This document shows positions 44,546-55,963 of a DNA stretch of 64,000 nucleotides, in pieces. Source of the DNA: Gonapodya sp. JEL0774 (taxonomy: Eukaryota); NCBI GenBank assembly GCA_027604505.1, contig JADIIX010000106.1, positions 1 to 64,000 of the forward strand. The letters are read 5' to 3'. Position 1 is the first letter of the stretch, and every line of letters starts with the position of its first letter. The translations under genes and the position numbers were made by a program. The notes under the pieces are model-generated. The model ran no database searches. It was given only the letters and a program-made list of their open reading frames with translations, and was not told where the DNA came from.

Positions 44546-45953
44546 ATGTCAGTCCAGCCACTCAACCTGACCGAACTCGGTGGAATCGCCACTACATCCC
44601 AGGCTCCCGCTGCCCCCAGCCGCAAGGACATTGTCTCGGTGGTTCCGAAAGGGGTCAAAGTCGCGCCAAAATCATACGCTGGGACGCTCGACAAGTACTC
44701 GAGTTTTAAGATCACTCCGAACATTGGATTGGAATTCAAGGATTTGCCTCTGTCCAAGTTGAACGACAAGCAGGTGAGCTCGGATTTTTTCTTCACATGT
44801 TCCATTCCACTCGGGAGCCTTTCTTGAAACCGCTCATTGTATGTAAATAATTAGATCGAGGACCTGGGTACTCTCATCTCCCAACACAACTTGGTGGTGA
44901 TTCGAGGCGCTCACCTCACGCCTCAGCAACTCCTCAACATCGGGAGAAAGCTCTGTGAGTTTCAATGACCTCCTTTTCATTATTGTTCTCCTGGTATCTC
45001 CCAATCCTGACAAGAACCATACCCCTCCTTGACAAAGCCACTCCTTACAACACTCTCCACATCCACCCTATTACCGCTGCCGTTCCTGGTGGCTCCGAGC
45101 TGGACGAGCTGACCGTTGTCAGCAACGAGGTCGTGTACGGAGAAGATTTTGGACCTGCCGCGGATGGGTGGCACTCTGACATCGCGTTCGAGCCGAACCC
45201 ATCTGCGTACGCGGCTCTGCAAATTGTGCAGGGACCTGATGCTGGAGGTGGGTTGGGGCTTGTGACGGGCTGGTCTGCATTCAGTTTTCACGGTGGGGTC
45301 GTCGTTTAATCTATTTTGCCTGTGTAGGTGATACCCAGTTCGGATCAGGGTACACTGCATATGATCGCTTGTCGAAGCCCCTCCAGGCTTTCCTCGAGAC
45401 ATTGCACGCGGAGAATGACGGAAATGCTTTCCACGAGGTGGGTGTGTTCATCCAAGCGCTTGAGAAGTAGGATCATTCTCAGCTCATCCCAATTTCTTCC
45501 TTGACAACCCCCTTGCCATGCACATAGGTCGCCAAAAAGAGCGGCATAACAATTCGTGATAAACGAGGTGCCGCCAACAATGGCACTGACCTGCGTTCTG
45601 TGCACCCTGTCGTCCGAACCAACCCTGTTACCGGATGGAAGAGCTTGTACATCAGCAAAGCCTTCACCAAGCGGATCGTCGAGCTTCCCAAGCACGAGTC
45701 TGACGTTCTTCTCAACTTCCTCTTCAACCACATTGCATCCGGGTTCGACTTCCAGACCCGAGTCAAGTGGACGCCGGGCGACATCGCCTTCTGGGACAAC
45801 CGGAGCACGTACCACTCAGCCACGCGGGACTTTGACAGAGACCAGCTGCGACGCGGTATTCGTGTCGTTCCCTTGGGAGAGAAGCCGTACTTTGATCCTG
45901 CATCTGTGTCGAGAGCGGAAGCAGTGCGAGCGGCAAAGGAGGCGAAGTTGTGA
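44546..45953 (+). CDS. TauD/TfdA Fe(II)/2-oxoglutarate dioxygenase (Jlp1-like sulfonate dioxygenase)
   Basis: ITPNIGLEF, GWHSDIAFEPNP, GG|DTQF, HPVVRTNPVTGWKSLY and FWDNRSTYH. Confidence 0.92.
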
Positions 45954-46236
45954 TTTGAATTTAGACAATCATCATTGTTACCAGTGTCAGTAGATCACAT
46001 GCAATAGGAAATGCACGTATTCGATCTTTAAGATCTGTTGGAAATTTGAAGCGTGCGATAGTGACGTTGTATTTGGTGCACAGATCAGGAGTGGGTTGGA
46101 CCGAGCCTGAAGACGTGTCACCAACTGGCATAAACAGGCCAGTCACCGAAATTTCTTCAGGGACTGCCCAGCTTTGACTGCCGTGTTAAACCAAAACCCG
46201 CTGCATTACTCCCGCCCGTTGCTGCCATTATCAACG

Positions 46237-48013
46237 ATGGCGGCAACACTTACCACGATGCCAGGAGCCGCCCTCGTGCAATCCGCGCTCTCCTCCTTGC
46301 CCTCCATCGCCCGCGCTCCAACCCAGTCCTCTGCGCTTTCACCCCCGCAAAAATCCGTTCGTTTCGCGTCAACTGTCACGGTTCTTCTCTTTGGATCTGC
46401 AGATGGCCCTGGGGCGGCGTCGGAAGGCGCCACAACCACGAAGTCGTCGGGGGCTCTCCGGGAGGACGGCAACTCGGGGCGAAGGAGTCTCTGGAGGCGA
46501 CGGGCGGCCGCTCGAGCGCACCACGATATTACTGTGGAGGAGCCCAGTGTCGCGACGAGCGCGACAGCCGAACACGCAGACGAACCCTCGCACCAGCAGT
46601 CGACCACGTTGGTTTCCCGTCCCATGCACCCTTCCCTCCGTTCCGCACTTCTCCTCAGCCTATCCGTTTCCACACGCCTCCAATCGACACATTTACACAT
46701 GCCGATGCACATGCCCGTGCGCCCTTTCACCACCACCTCTGTTTCCTCCCAACCCCGCCCTTCCCCTCAACAATCGGAAACCACAACTCCCTCTGCCGAA
46801 TTTTCCTGGGCGACCTACTTCCAACTGAAGCGTCAACGCACGAATGCGGAGCGACTGGCCGGGGTATTCGGTGGCGTGGCCGCCTTCGCAGGAGCGATGT
46901 ACTATGTCGTGGTGGTCATGGTGAGTGTGGCACCTGTACAGGCAGACGAGCACGATTGGACCAAGAAATAGGAAAAGATTCAAGCAAGACAGGAAGGTGT
47001 CGGAAAACCACACTCTGTTGTAGGGCAGAAAGTTGCGCTGCCTATCACACAGGAAAAGGTCCATGCGAGCGGAGTTTAAAGGCACGGGGCATGACCACGG
47101 AGAAGCCGGAGTTTCATCTGTGCGCTGAAGAGGATTGGGAAGTTCAGCAAAGGAGTGCAAATATGCAATAAGGCTATGACCATTTTTGGAGTAGAAGAAA
47201 ACTTGAACAGGGAATTACGCCAGGTGGTGCCGTGAACAAACCGGAGACAGTCATCGACGAATCGACACTTCACTACGTGGATTCTGTCGATGCGTGGATG
47301 TGGACTCAATCAGCGATTTAAACTCTTTCATATTCCCTTTGCGTCCTTCCCTCAGCCGTTCGATCCCACAGTCCAACTCTTTGGAATGCTTGGTCCGGAA
47401 GTTGTGGGCTCCCTGGGCATCATTTTTGCTGCCGTCGTTGGACGATGGGCAGGTGTACTTGCAGGAGGTGAGGTATGGGCGGCGAGGAACAGGTGAGGGT
47501 CCGCGCATGTTGTCCCGTCGACTTTGGTTTCCTGGAAGGACATGTTTTTGACACTTTCTGCGCGTGGCGACGTTGTGTTAAATACACTGGATGAAACTTG
47601 CTCTTATTTGTTTCAGGCAAGTGATGGCGGAGTTCACGCGACGAGATAAATCGTTCGGTCGGCGAATCACCGAGCAACGAGCGCCTCATCAGGAGCTCAA
47701 CGTGTCGAGCCAACACCCTGGTACGTTTACCTCGCTGTTCCTTGCATCACTCATCCACACCCTGATAACGCCCCACTCCTCAAAATGTCCCAACCACACA
47801 CCCCCATCACCTGACCACATCCACCCTCCGTTCACAGACTACTACGCCGAGCAAGTGGATTCTGTCCGCTCCTACCATGGCTGGCTCCGCCTCCAGCGCA
47901 ATTACGAGCGCGGCAAGGAAGCGAAAGGGGCGGCTGTCGGTATGGTTGCAGCGCTCGGTAGGATGCCCGGAATGGGTGGGATCGGGTCATTGGGGTCGAA
48001 GAAGAAAAAGTGA
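46237..48013 (+). CDS. PAM17: Mitochondrial import motor subunit Pam17
   Basis: FSWATYFQLKRQR, two TM segments, FTRRDKSFGRRITEQR and DYYAEQVDSVRSYHGWLRLQRNY (Pam17 DYYGE..W pattern). Confidence 0.75.
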
Positions 48014-48508
48014 AGTGAAACTTGTATGGGCGATCTGAGACTGGGAGAGATGGACTGGACCGTTTAATTTCGTGGAGGGTGAAGTGCTTGTAGCCTCGTT
48101 CACACACGAATTTGTACCCCCACATACATATTGATTTAGTTTACACGACATCTGCGCACGTTGAGTGTTGGTGGTGCAAGACACCAGCATTGGCTATCAT
48201 CCTTCCTTCGTTCCCATTCCTTTTTGTTGGTGGTGAAGTTATTCTTTGGTCGCTGTTGTTCTATTGTGAACGCGGGAGAGTTGTATCATGACTACTTGCA
48301 TATATCCCACGGCCAAATATATTATGCGCATCAAAAGAACATACGCACGAAGAACCCCACCGGATTCATTGGATCAATAAAAAACTTGAGCGGAAAAGTT
48401 GCCGCCATCGCAGGCATTCTCCGCAGGGGGTGCATTATACCGAGCCAACACCGCGCATTCTTTCAGTGACAACGAGAGCACTCTCATCGCGATTTACACT
48501 ACACCGTC

Positions 48509-49457
48509 ATGAGCCAGTTTTACAACACTGAAGGATACTGCGAATCGCTTGGGTTGCCGGACGGCACACCCGAATACTTCTCGGCCGCGACTGCACCCAT
48601 CATAAGCATCATTGGCGCGTATGGCGTTGCCGGCGGTGGCCACTATGTCCCCACCGTCCGCCTCATGTACTCCTTTGTTTTTGCAAACGGGATTGGGAGT
48701 TTTCTCGCCCATTTCACACGAGTGGGAGTGTGGTGGATGATAGATCGGCTTACACTCATTCTCCCGGTTGTCATGGTGGACTTTCTCATGCTGGATGAAG
48801 TTATTGGCCTTGAGGCTCGTCGAAAGCGGATTCCCTTGTGGGCCTATCAGACGATATCCAGTCTTTCCGCACTGACAGTGGGCACGCTAGTGACCGCACA
48901 AATTGCGCAGCAGTCGGCCGGGATTGGTACCGGCAGTGCAGACACTGTGTTTGGAGTTGGCGTGGCAGTTCTCTTCACACTGGTTTTGATCACCACGCTC
49001 CAAAAGCGCAGCTCTGTCACACCCGCTTTGAAGCGACTACCAATCGTTGCATTCATTGTGGCGATAATTGCTTTTACTTTATGGACGCTCAATGAGAAAC
49101 TTTGCCTCAAAATACCGCTGGAGGCGCGGCGATGGATTCCCGGACACGCGATTTGGCACATCGTCGCAGCGAGTGCAACGTACCTCGCAGGACAATACCT
49201 CGCATTTATGTACGTGCAGAGACACGGGTATACACCGGTGATGACGAAAAGCTTGAGAGTGATCTGTGCACCTTTTGACGAGGTTCGTCATCACCCGTCT
49301 CAAACGATTCGCAGAATCATCATCATTGTTAATACTCCCTCACCATCTACAGAAACTAACGTCGGACAAGCTTTTGGATCTTTCTGATACCAAAAATTCA
49401 TACACACCGCTTGGGACAACGGACGTTGAGAAGACAGATGCCGGCGGTGCTGTTTGA
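48509..49457 (+). CDS. Alkaline ceramidase (CREST superfamily, 7-TM)
   Basis: YCE near the N-terminus, GIGSFLAH, IDRL and GHAIWHI Zn-binding motifs. Probable intron ~49283-49351. Confidence 0.8.
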
Positions 49458-49627
49458 CTGCACTTTCTGAAAATGTGCACTTTATAATGAGTCAATGAGT
49501 CTAGAAATTGTGGTTTAACAGAAATACGTATGCACAGTTGCAATCTGGTCAAACTCCCTCTTGCGATTCCTTCCCCTCCCTTCCTCTCTTTATTTAATTG
49601 ACGTGTTTCTTCAATGATTTGTAGTTT

Positions 49628-52600
49628 TCAAACTCCCTCTTCCGACCCCCAACCCCTCAAATGCGCAATGAGCACTGCCGGGATCAACTTTGCCTCCGCA
49701 AACCCGAGCGATCCCAGCATCTCCATCACCTGTTCACCGTATGTCACCAAGATCCACTGCCAATGGGGTCCCAGTTTTGTCTGCCGCTGGCCTCGCACCT
49801 CTCCTCCGCGATTCAGAAACTTGGACAGGAGGGCGCGGAAATCGTCAGTTGATTCTGGACTTGATATTCGAAGTGGTGATAGCATCTCCGCATACTCTGG
49901 AAAGCGTTTTGTGTCAATCTAATGCGAGAACCTGATGTCGCTATCTCCTCCACTCACCTCTCCCTACAATTACGGACTTGTACTCCCACTCAGGCGTTGT
50001 CCGTATATCAAAGTAAAGATCCCGGTTTTCCTGATTCTGCACACTTTCATCGTCACTTTGAGAGTCTTTATCTCCCTCACTCTCCGCATCGGCGTTCTCT
50101 CCTTCTTCTTCAAGCCACTCCCCGTTGCTTCGTCCCCATTCTCCTTCGGAGTTCGAAACATTAAAGACACTTTCGTCGTCGTGAAATTGGCTCTTAGGAA
50201 CCGAGTCCTCAAGACAGGAGCGGTTTAATCGAACCACCTGGCGTAATGACGCGAGCGACACCAACGGACTGGCAACGGCGAGGCCGCCAGCTAGAATTGG
50301 CCAGTAAAACCAAGCCTCTGGTTGTGTTCTGGTGAGATTCGCATCCATAGCAAGTTGCAATAGCCGGTCGATCTCACCTGGAAGACCCTCCTTCTCCATC
50401 TCCGCACTCAAGGGATCACCTTTCAAGAACGTCGCGGCAATCCTCCTTTCCAAAAATGCCAGTATCCCGCCTGGCCCCGCAGCATCAGCTCTTAGCCTGT
50501 TTTGAGCCTTCATCACTGCATCCAGATGGGCCAGCCCGAGTGCTGTCGAAGGTCTCCCCAACGCCTGCTCCAACCCACGTACCCGCGAGTTGAAGACGTT
50601 CACAGCACCCAGGACCGTGCGAGATTTGGCCAGCTCTCCGTTGAGAAGTGCGAGTTGAGCGTCGACCTTGGCGTCGTCGGGGAGCCACTGGCCAGACTCG
50701 CGGAGTGTGAGGGCGCTCCACTGAACGGGACCTACAGGTAGGTCGGAAGGCACGGAATCATCGCGATTCTTAGACGAATCGTAGTCCGCGCCTGGCACCT
50801 GGACAGAGCCACATTTGCTCAGGTTTAACTCCAGTCCGCACTTGTTGAGGTAACCACGGAGTGTCCGCCAGGCCAAGTTGATCATCCTCGGCTCGTGGTG
50901 CCATAGGTACATGTCGTCCATCACGCGGTGCAAGAAAACGTGGCCCTTGGTCTTCTTGAAAACCATTGCCTCCAGGCCCATCGAGATAAGCTCCGTGAAA
51001 AAGTGTGACAAAGCGTGAGCGGGAGGGACACCGCGGCGGAGGACACGGGGGCCAGTGACGGAGTCGAATAGTACCGTCGGGGTGAGGAAGCGTTCGAAAA
51101 AGGTGAGCCAGGTGGATGGGACACCGATTTTTGTGAGGACTGATGTCGGGAAAAGTGAGTCGTGGTCTGGTGCGTTAAAAACACACAAACTCACACGCTA
51201 AAATGAGTGAATGTGACAAGGACGGTCCAAAGTTCTACCAAATGCAGAAGGCAATAGGTGTTTTGAGTGATCACACTGTGCGTCTTCCCTGGTGGTCCTG
51301 AACGTCTGTCGTGCCCCAAAGACAACTCACCTTCACATCCGCCGCTACCACAGTGTTGACCTTTCTGCGTGCTCCCTTGAGCTTGACCAGCTGCAACTCC
51401 GCAGCCACGAGGTCCAACAATCTATCTCGCGGACTCTCTGTCTTGTCGTTGTTTCGGTCGTACCCCCGCGTGGCGGCCTCTTCCCGATTTCGAGGCATAA
51501 CGGCCAAAAACAACCGGTCTCTGTGGTATGCGCGGGTGTGGTAGACTGTCCCAGAGACGTGTGGGCGAGTAGGTGGTTCGTCAGTGTATTTCGATACGAT
51601 GGAGGCCCAAAAGTTTTTGAGGATGGAGCGCATGGCGATGCACCAGCGTGTGCCGATAATCTAAAGCACAATGACATTCCGTACGACAAAGAAGAAAGTG
51701 AATAAATCACAGAGAGAGGGGATGACAGACAAAAGAACCCGCCCGCACGTGTGTTGCCCTCCCCAAAGCGCATACACACCTGCAACACTAACGCCGTCAA
51801 CACATCCTCGTCGACAAACGCTCTGAGCTTGCCTGCCCTATTCTTGTTCACCCTCATCTTCTTTGGCTTGCTCCTGTTCCAGTCCCATTCCTCCAACCTG
51901 TCCAAGATGATGGTGGCGCAGCCGGCATACTCGTTGCACAGGTCGTCAGAGGATTCGATGTCGCGGATCATGAGGCGAGTGGGGCGGGAGACGAGGTCCT
52001 GTGTGTGGAGTGGGATGGGATGATTGAAAGGAATGGGGGCGGGAGAGTGCGACGGTGCGTTCATCCAGGGTATCACAGGATGTGAGAGAAAAGACACGAC
52101 GTACATTTGCGAGAACGGCATTTGCTGCGGATCGCAATTCCTCCGTGTCCACCTTGGATGTGGCACTTCCATCGGCAAAGTCATCAACAGACTGAACCAA
52201 TCACCAATCATGGCAAGGTAGAAGCCGAGGAGAGAGTGACGTGTGAGTGCGTTTGTATGAAAAAACGTGAGAGAGAGACGTGAGCTCACACAACGGGAAA
52301 CGATGACTCGACCGAATCATGGTACCGCACCCACCCGTCTCAACTTTGCCAGCTCCGCCTCCATCCCCTCAAACACTTGATCCACCACATCCAGATCATA
52401 CGACGACTCGGGCACCGGTTCTGCCATCATGGCCAGCTTCTCGAGGAAGATTTCCCGCTCGGTGTCGTTGTCTCCGAGGTCTTCGAGGTCCCATTCGGAA
52501 TCGTCCGGGGCGCGGTCGGCGGACTCTTGCCCGTCGGAGTTGGCGTCGAACCATTCAGCGAGAATGCGCCCGAAGAGGCGAGCCTGAGGTCGTGGTGCAT

Positions 52601-53076
52601 TAATGTAAGTGTAGAGGAAAGACGTCGTTAATTTGTGCAGCAGAACACTCACGTAGTCAGCTCGCCTCCTCCCCTTGGCGATATCCTTTCGCATCCGTTC
52701 TTCCCACCATTTCATCGTGTCTTCCGAGATGGTGGTGTCGCCGTTTTGAATCCGGCCCAACAAGTTTTTCAAGTTGTTGTAAACTGGATGGAGCGGTGAG
52801 TCGTAGAATACGGCCGCAGAGAGTCCCTTTTGGAGCACATTGATTTTCTCGGGGAGAGAACTGAATTGTGGGCAAGGTGGAGACGAAACGGAGCAATTAG
52901 CGATTTGTATAACCCACATCATCGCAGATGTACCGCGCAGTATCTTCCCCCTCTCACCTCTTGGAATCAGCCTCTGCAACGACAGCATCGTAATGAGCGG
53001 CCAATCTGGATCTCTGGCGCTCGAGTTCTTGCAATTTTATGTCGGCAACTGGCCGGATCTTGTCGAACGAAACCAT
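49628..53076 (-). CDS. rvt: rvt-type cellular (domesticated) reverse transcriptase, 9 exons, ~900 aa
   Basis: N-terminal coil MVSFDKIRPVADIKLQELERQR; AGKLRAFVDEDVLTALVLQ|IIGTRW; VVAADVK|NFGPSLSHSLILA|FLTKIGV..WLTFFERFL; RRGVPPAHALSHFFTE; LHRVMDDMYLW; GLELNLSKCGS; LPVGPVQW; WFYWPILAGGL; HWQWILVTYG..LIP. Confidence 0.88.
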
Positions 53077-53113
53077 CGTTGGGTGTCACGAAAAGAAAAT
53101 GAAAGATGAATGG

Positions 53114-53164
53114 AAGAGCAACGTGCGATGATGGCAAAAGAGCAACGTGCGATGATGGCAAAAG
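53114..53164. repeat. Perfect 24-bp tandem duplication upstream of rvt
   Basis: aagagcaacgtgcgatgatggcaa occurs twice, followed by aag. Confidence 0.9.
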
Positions 53165-53753
53165 TTCTTCATGAAGTGCCATTGGTGCTTTATAATTTCC
53201 CACAGCCTGAGGCCGTGGGGCGGGCCAGAAAGGGGGGGAACAAACGGGCAAGTGAACTGTTTCAAGAAACACGTGACATTCGACAGGAAGACTATCTCGA
53301 GAATTTTCTGAAGTATTCTTACTGCTGGCAGGTTGTCAAATGCTATTGGATGGTATGAATTGTGGGAAACACGGGTCCCCTATCACTGCCTCTCTCTTCT
53401 TCCCTCTTCCAACCTCACTAGTGGACGGGCACAAAAGTGCATGAGATGGGAACATTCCGCGTTTAAATCTTGCTTTTATGATTGTTTGAGTGTCACGCAA
53501 ATGGAACTGTGTTGGCCCTGAGCACCACCATCGTTTGCAGCGCTTACTTAGAGTGCCACGTCCTGCAAGTTACCTGCGTTCGCTCACGCAAGTACAAAGT
53601 CCAAGTGTTTACTTCATTTATACAGAAAATGGTCATCGTTATCTGCCATTACAGGACGCGACGTATTTATTAATGTACAATAAATATGGCATTATGCATC
53701 CATGCACTTGTGAAACTCTCCATGCTTCCCCCCTTTCGTTCCCAACATCCCCA

Positions 53754-55606
53754 ATGGCAGACCCGGAATTTTACGTGCGATACTAGTGCGTGTGAATTTG
53801 GGCTTGCGTCAGTCTTTCTTCCCTCCGGCCCTTTCTCAAGCTCTGTGCTTGAATCGTAATTGTTCCCCTCTCTGCTTCACCTGACCCCGTCGTTCCAATG
53901 CCGGCCAACCAGCGTCGGCCACATGGGCAGATTCGGCCACGAGTTCCTCGAGTTTGAGTTCAGGTCGGACGGGAAGCTGCGGTATGCCAACAACTCGAAT
54001 TATAAGAACGACTCCATGATTCGGAAGGAGGGTGAGTGGTCGGTCACTCGGCCGCATATGAAGCAAGGGGACAGGTCACAGCCGGATATGAGCTCACGCT
54101 AAGCTCAGGGCGGGGACGAGAAATGGTGGATGGAAAACAGGGGTTGGAGGGGAGCGTTTGAACGAGCGGGAGAGGTGAAGAAGCAACGTAACGTACCGTC
54201 GGGCCCACACGCCACGATTTCCTCAGACAAGGCGCATATCCGACTTTTGCGTGGCGACTCGGACCCAGCTGAATCCTCTCGGGCGCCAAACGGATCCCTA
54301 AGCCTCCACCGACCGAAGGGAGCATCAGCAAACAATTCGCAGATTGGAAGGACGGCAAAACCCACTGGGGACATGTGCATTCGTCACGAAAGAGGAGCAA
54401 AAGGAGGATCATTGGAGGATGGAGGGAAGCACACATCGGGACACGGGCTACCTAGGCGAACTGGGGAAGGAAACCTGTCGATTGAGCACAACGTGAAGCT
54501 CCCGTCAACGAACCGCACAGCACCACTCCTACTCAACATATTTGGGGGAAAGAGAAGCTGGGGAAGACTCACGACAATCGCAACCTGAGATTCGCACACA
54601 CGCGACTCCCATCAGGGTGATGACTCGTCTCTGTTGGGAATAACCCCCATTGGTCGTGCCTTCGACCACCGCCCCCCGCGTGCATGTCATTGGAGCTTTA
54701 CCAGTTTGATGTGCCTCTGTCCTCGTGGGCGTGACTCGTCTCGCGCCAAGGCACGCGATTATGAGCTTGGGTCCATCGTGCTCCCTCACTTGCACGGCAT
54801 CGCACCACATCCACCTCATATCTCGTCATGGACCCGGCCCTCGATGTCCCTGTTCAGTCTACGTTTCCCCCTCTGTCATGGCCGAACTCCGCCGCGTAGT
54901 GATGGACAGTGAGATTATGAAGTACGTGTTCAGCTTCTTGTGGTGTCGTCGTGCTCTCGTGGACGTTCATGACGATCGAAACATCCCAACCTCCATCCCC
55001 TCCAATCGTACGCGTGACCTCAAACTTTGCGAATCTCTAATTCACCTCTAACCCTCGACCTCTGTTACCGCGTAACACCCCTCTTACCACAATCAGGGAG
55101 GACGACAAACTGTGGCCCATGCCCGACCGTGTGGGCCGGCAAGAACTCGAAGTGGTGCTGAACAACGAGCATATCTCCTTCACGGTAAGCTGTTGCTGGT
55201 GCTGACGGAAGAATCGAGGTACCTCTGGACATGTTGCCGAACGACACCGTCTCCCTTCAACCCCCTCCCTCTGCGCACTTGCACAAACACACACATTTTC
55301 CAACACCATCTCTACGTCATCGCCACGACCACGACCACACATTCCCCCTACAGACGTCCAAAATCGGTTCCCTGGCTGACGTTCAGGATTCCAAAGACCC
55401 GGAAGGTCTGAGGGTCTTTTACTACCTCGTGCAAGACTTGAAGTGTCTGGTGTTTTCGCTCATCGCATTGCATTTCAAGGTGGGCTCTCTCCTCCACAGT
55501 TCTCTTGTCATGCTTCGCGTTTGTCACAGTGGAAAAATGTGATTCTCACTCCTGTGTCTTTGTGGGCGGTTCTGCTTCGTGTTGGATCCAGATCAAGCCC
55601 ATTTAG
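53754..55606 (+). CDS. mago: Mago nashi (exon junction complex core), 6 exons
   Basis: [40 protein letters not shown]...[32 protein letters not shown]. Confidence 0.97.
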
Positions 55607-55963
55607 ACCGGACACCTTCGATCTCTGGCTTGGTAATCGCAGCGTGTCTCTTTGCGAGATCAGTTGGAACTTGGGAGGGACTACTGCGAGTGACCCGATG
55701 TGAACGGGTGGTGGAATGCGGCATAGGAGGGGGAAGCTTCCGGTCGTGACAGACGGCGTGTTTGTTCATATACATGTAATACGTGCGTGTGTGTTGTTTT
55801 TTTTGGACGAAGAAAAGATATTTGCATGCCGATTGGGTGATAATGGATCCGCGACGGTAGAAGTGATTCACACGCAGAAGGGTTGGTTGCCAGAGCGACA
55901 GCTTACTGGACGACACATTTTACCCCGTCTTGTTCATTCTAACTGCTGCAACTGCCGGAAACC

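Noticed and set aside
53110..53358. ORF MEEQRAMMAKEQRAMMAK
   Set aside because: The peptide repeat is just the 24-bp duplication. It lies in the rvt promoter region and has no recognisable motif.
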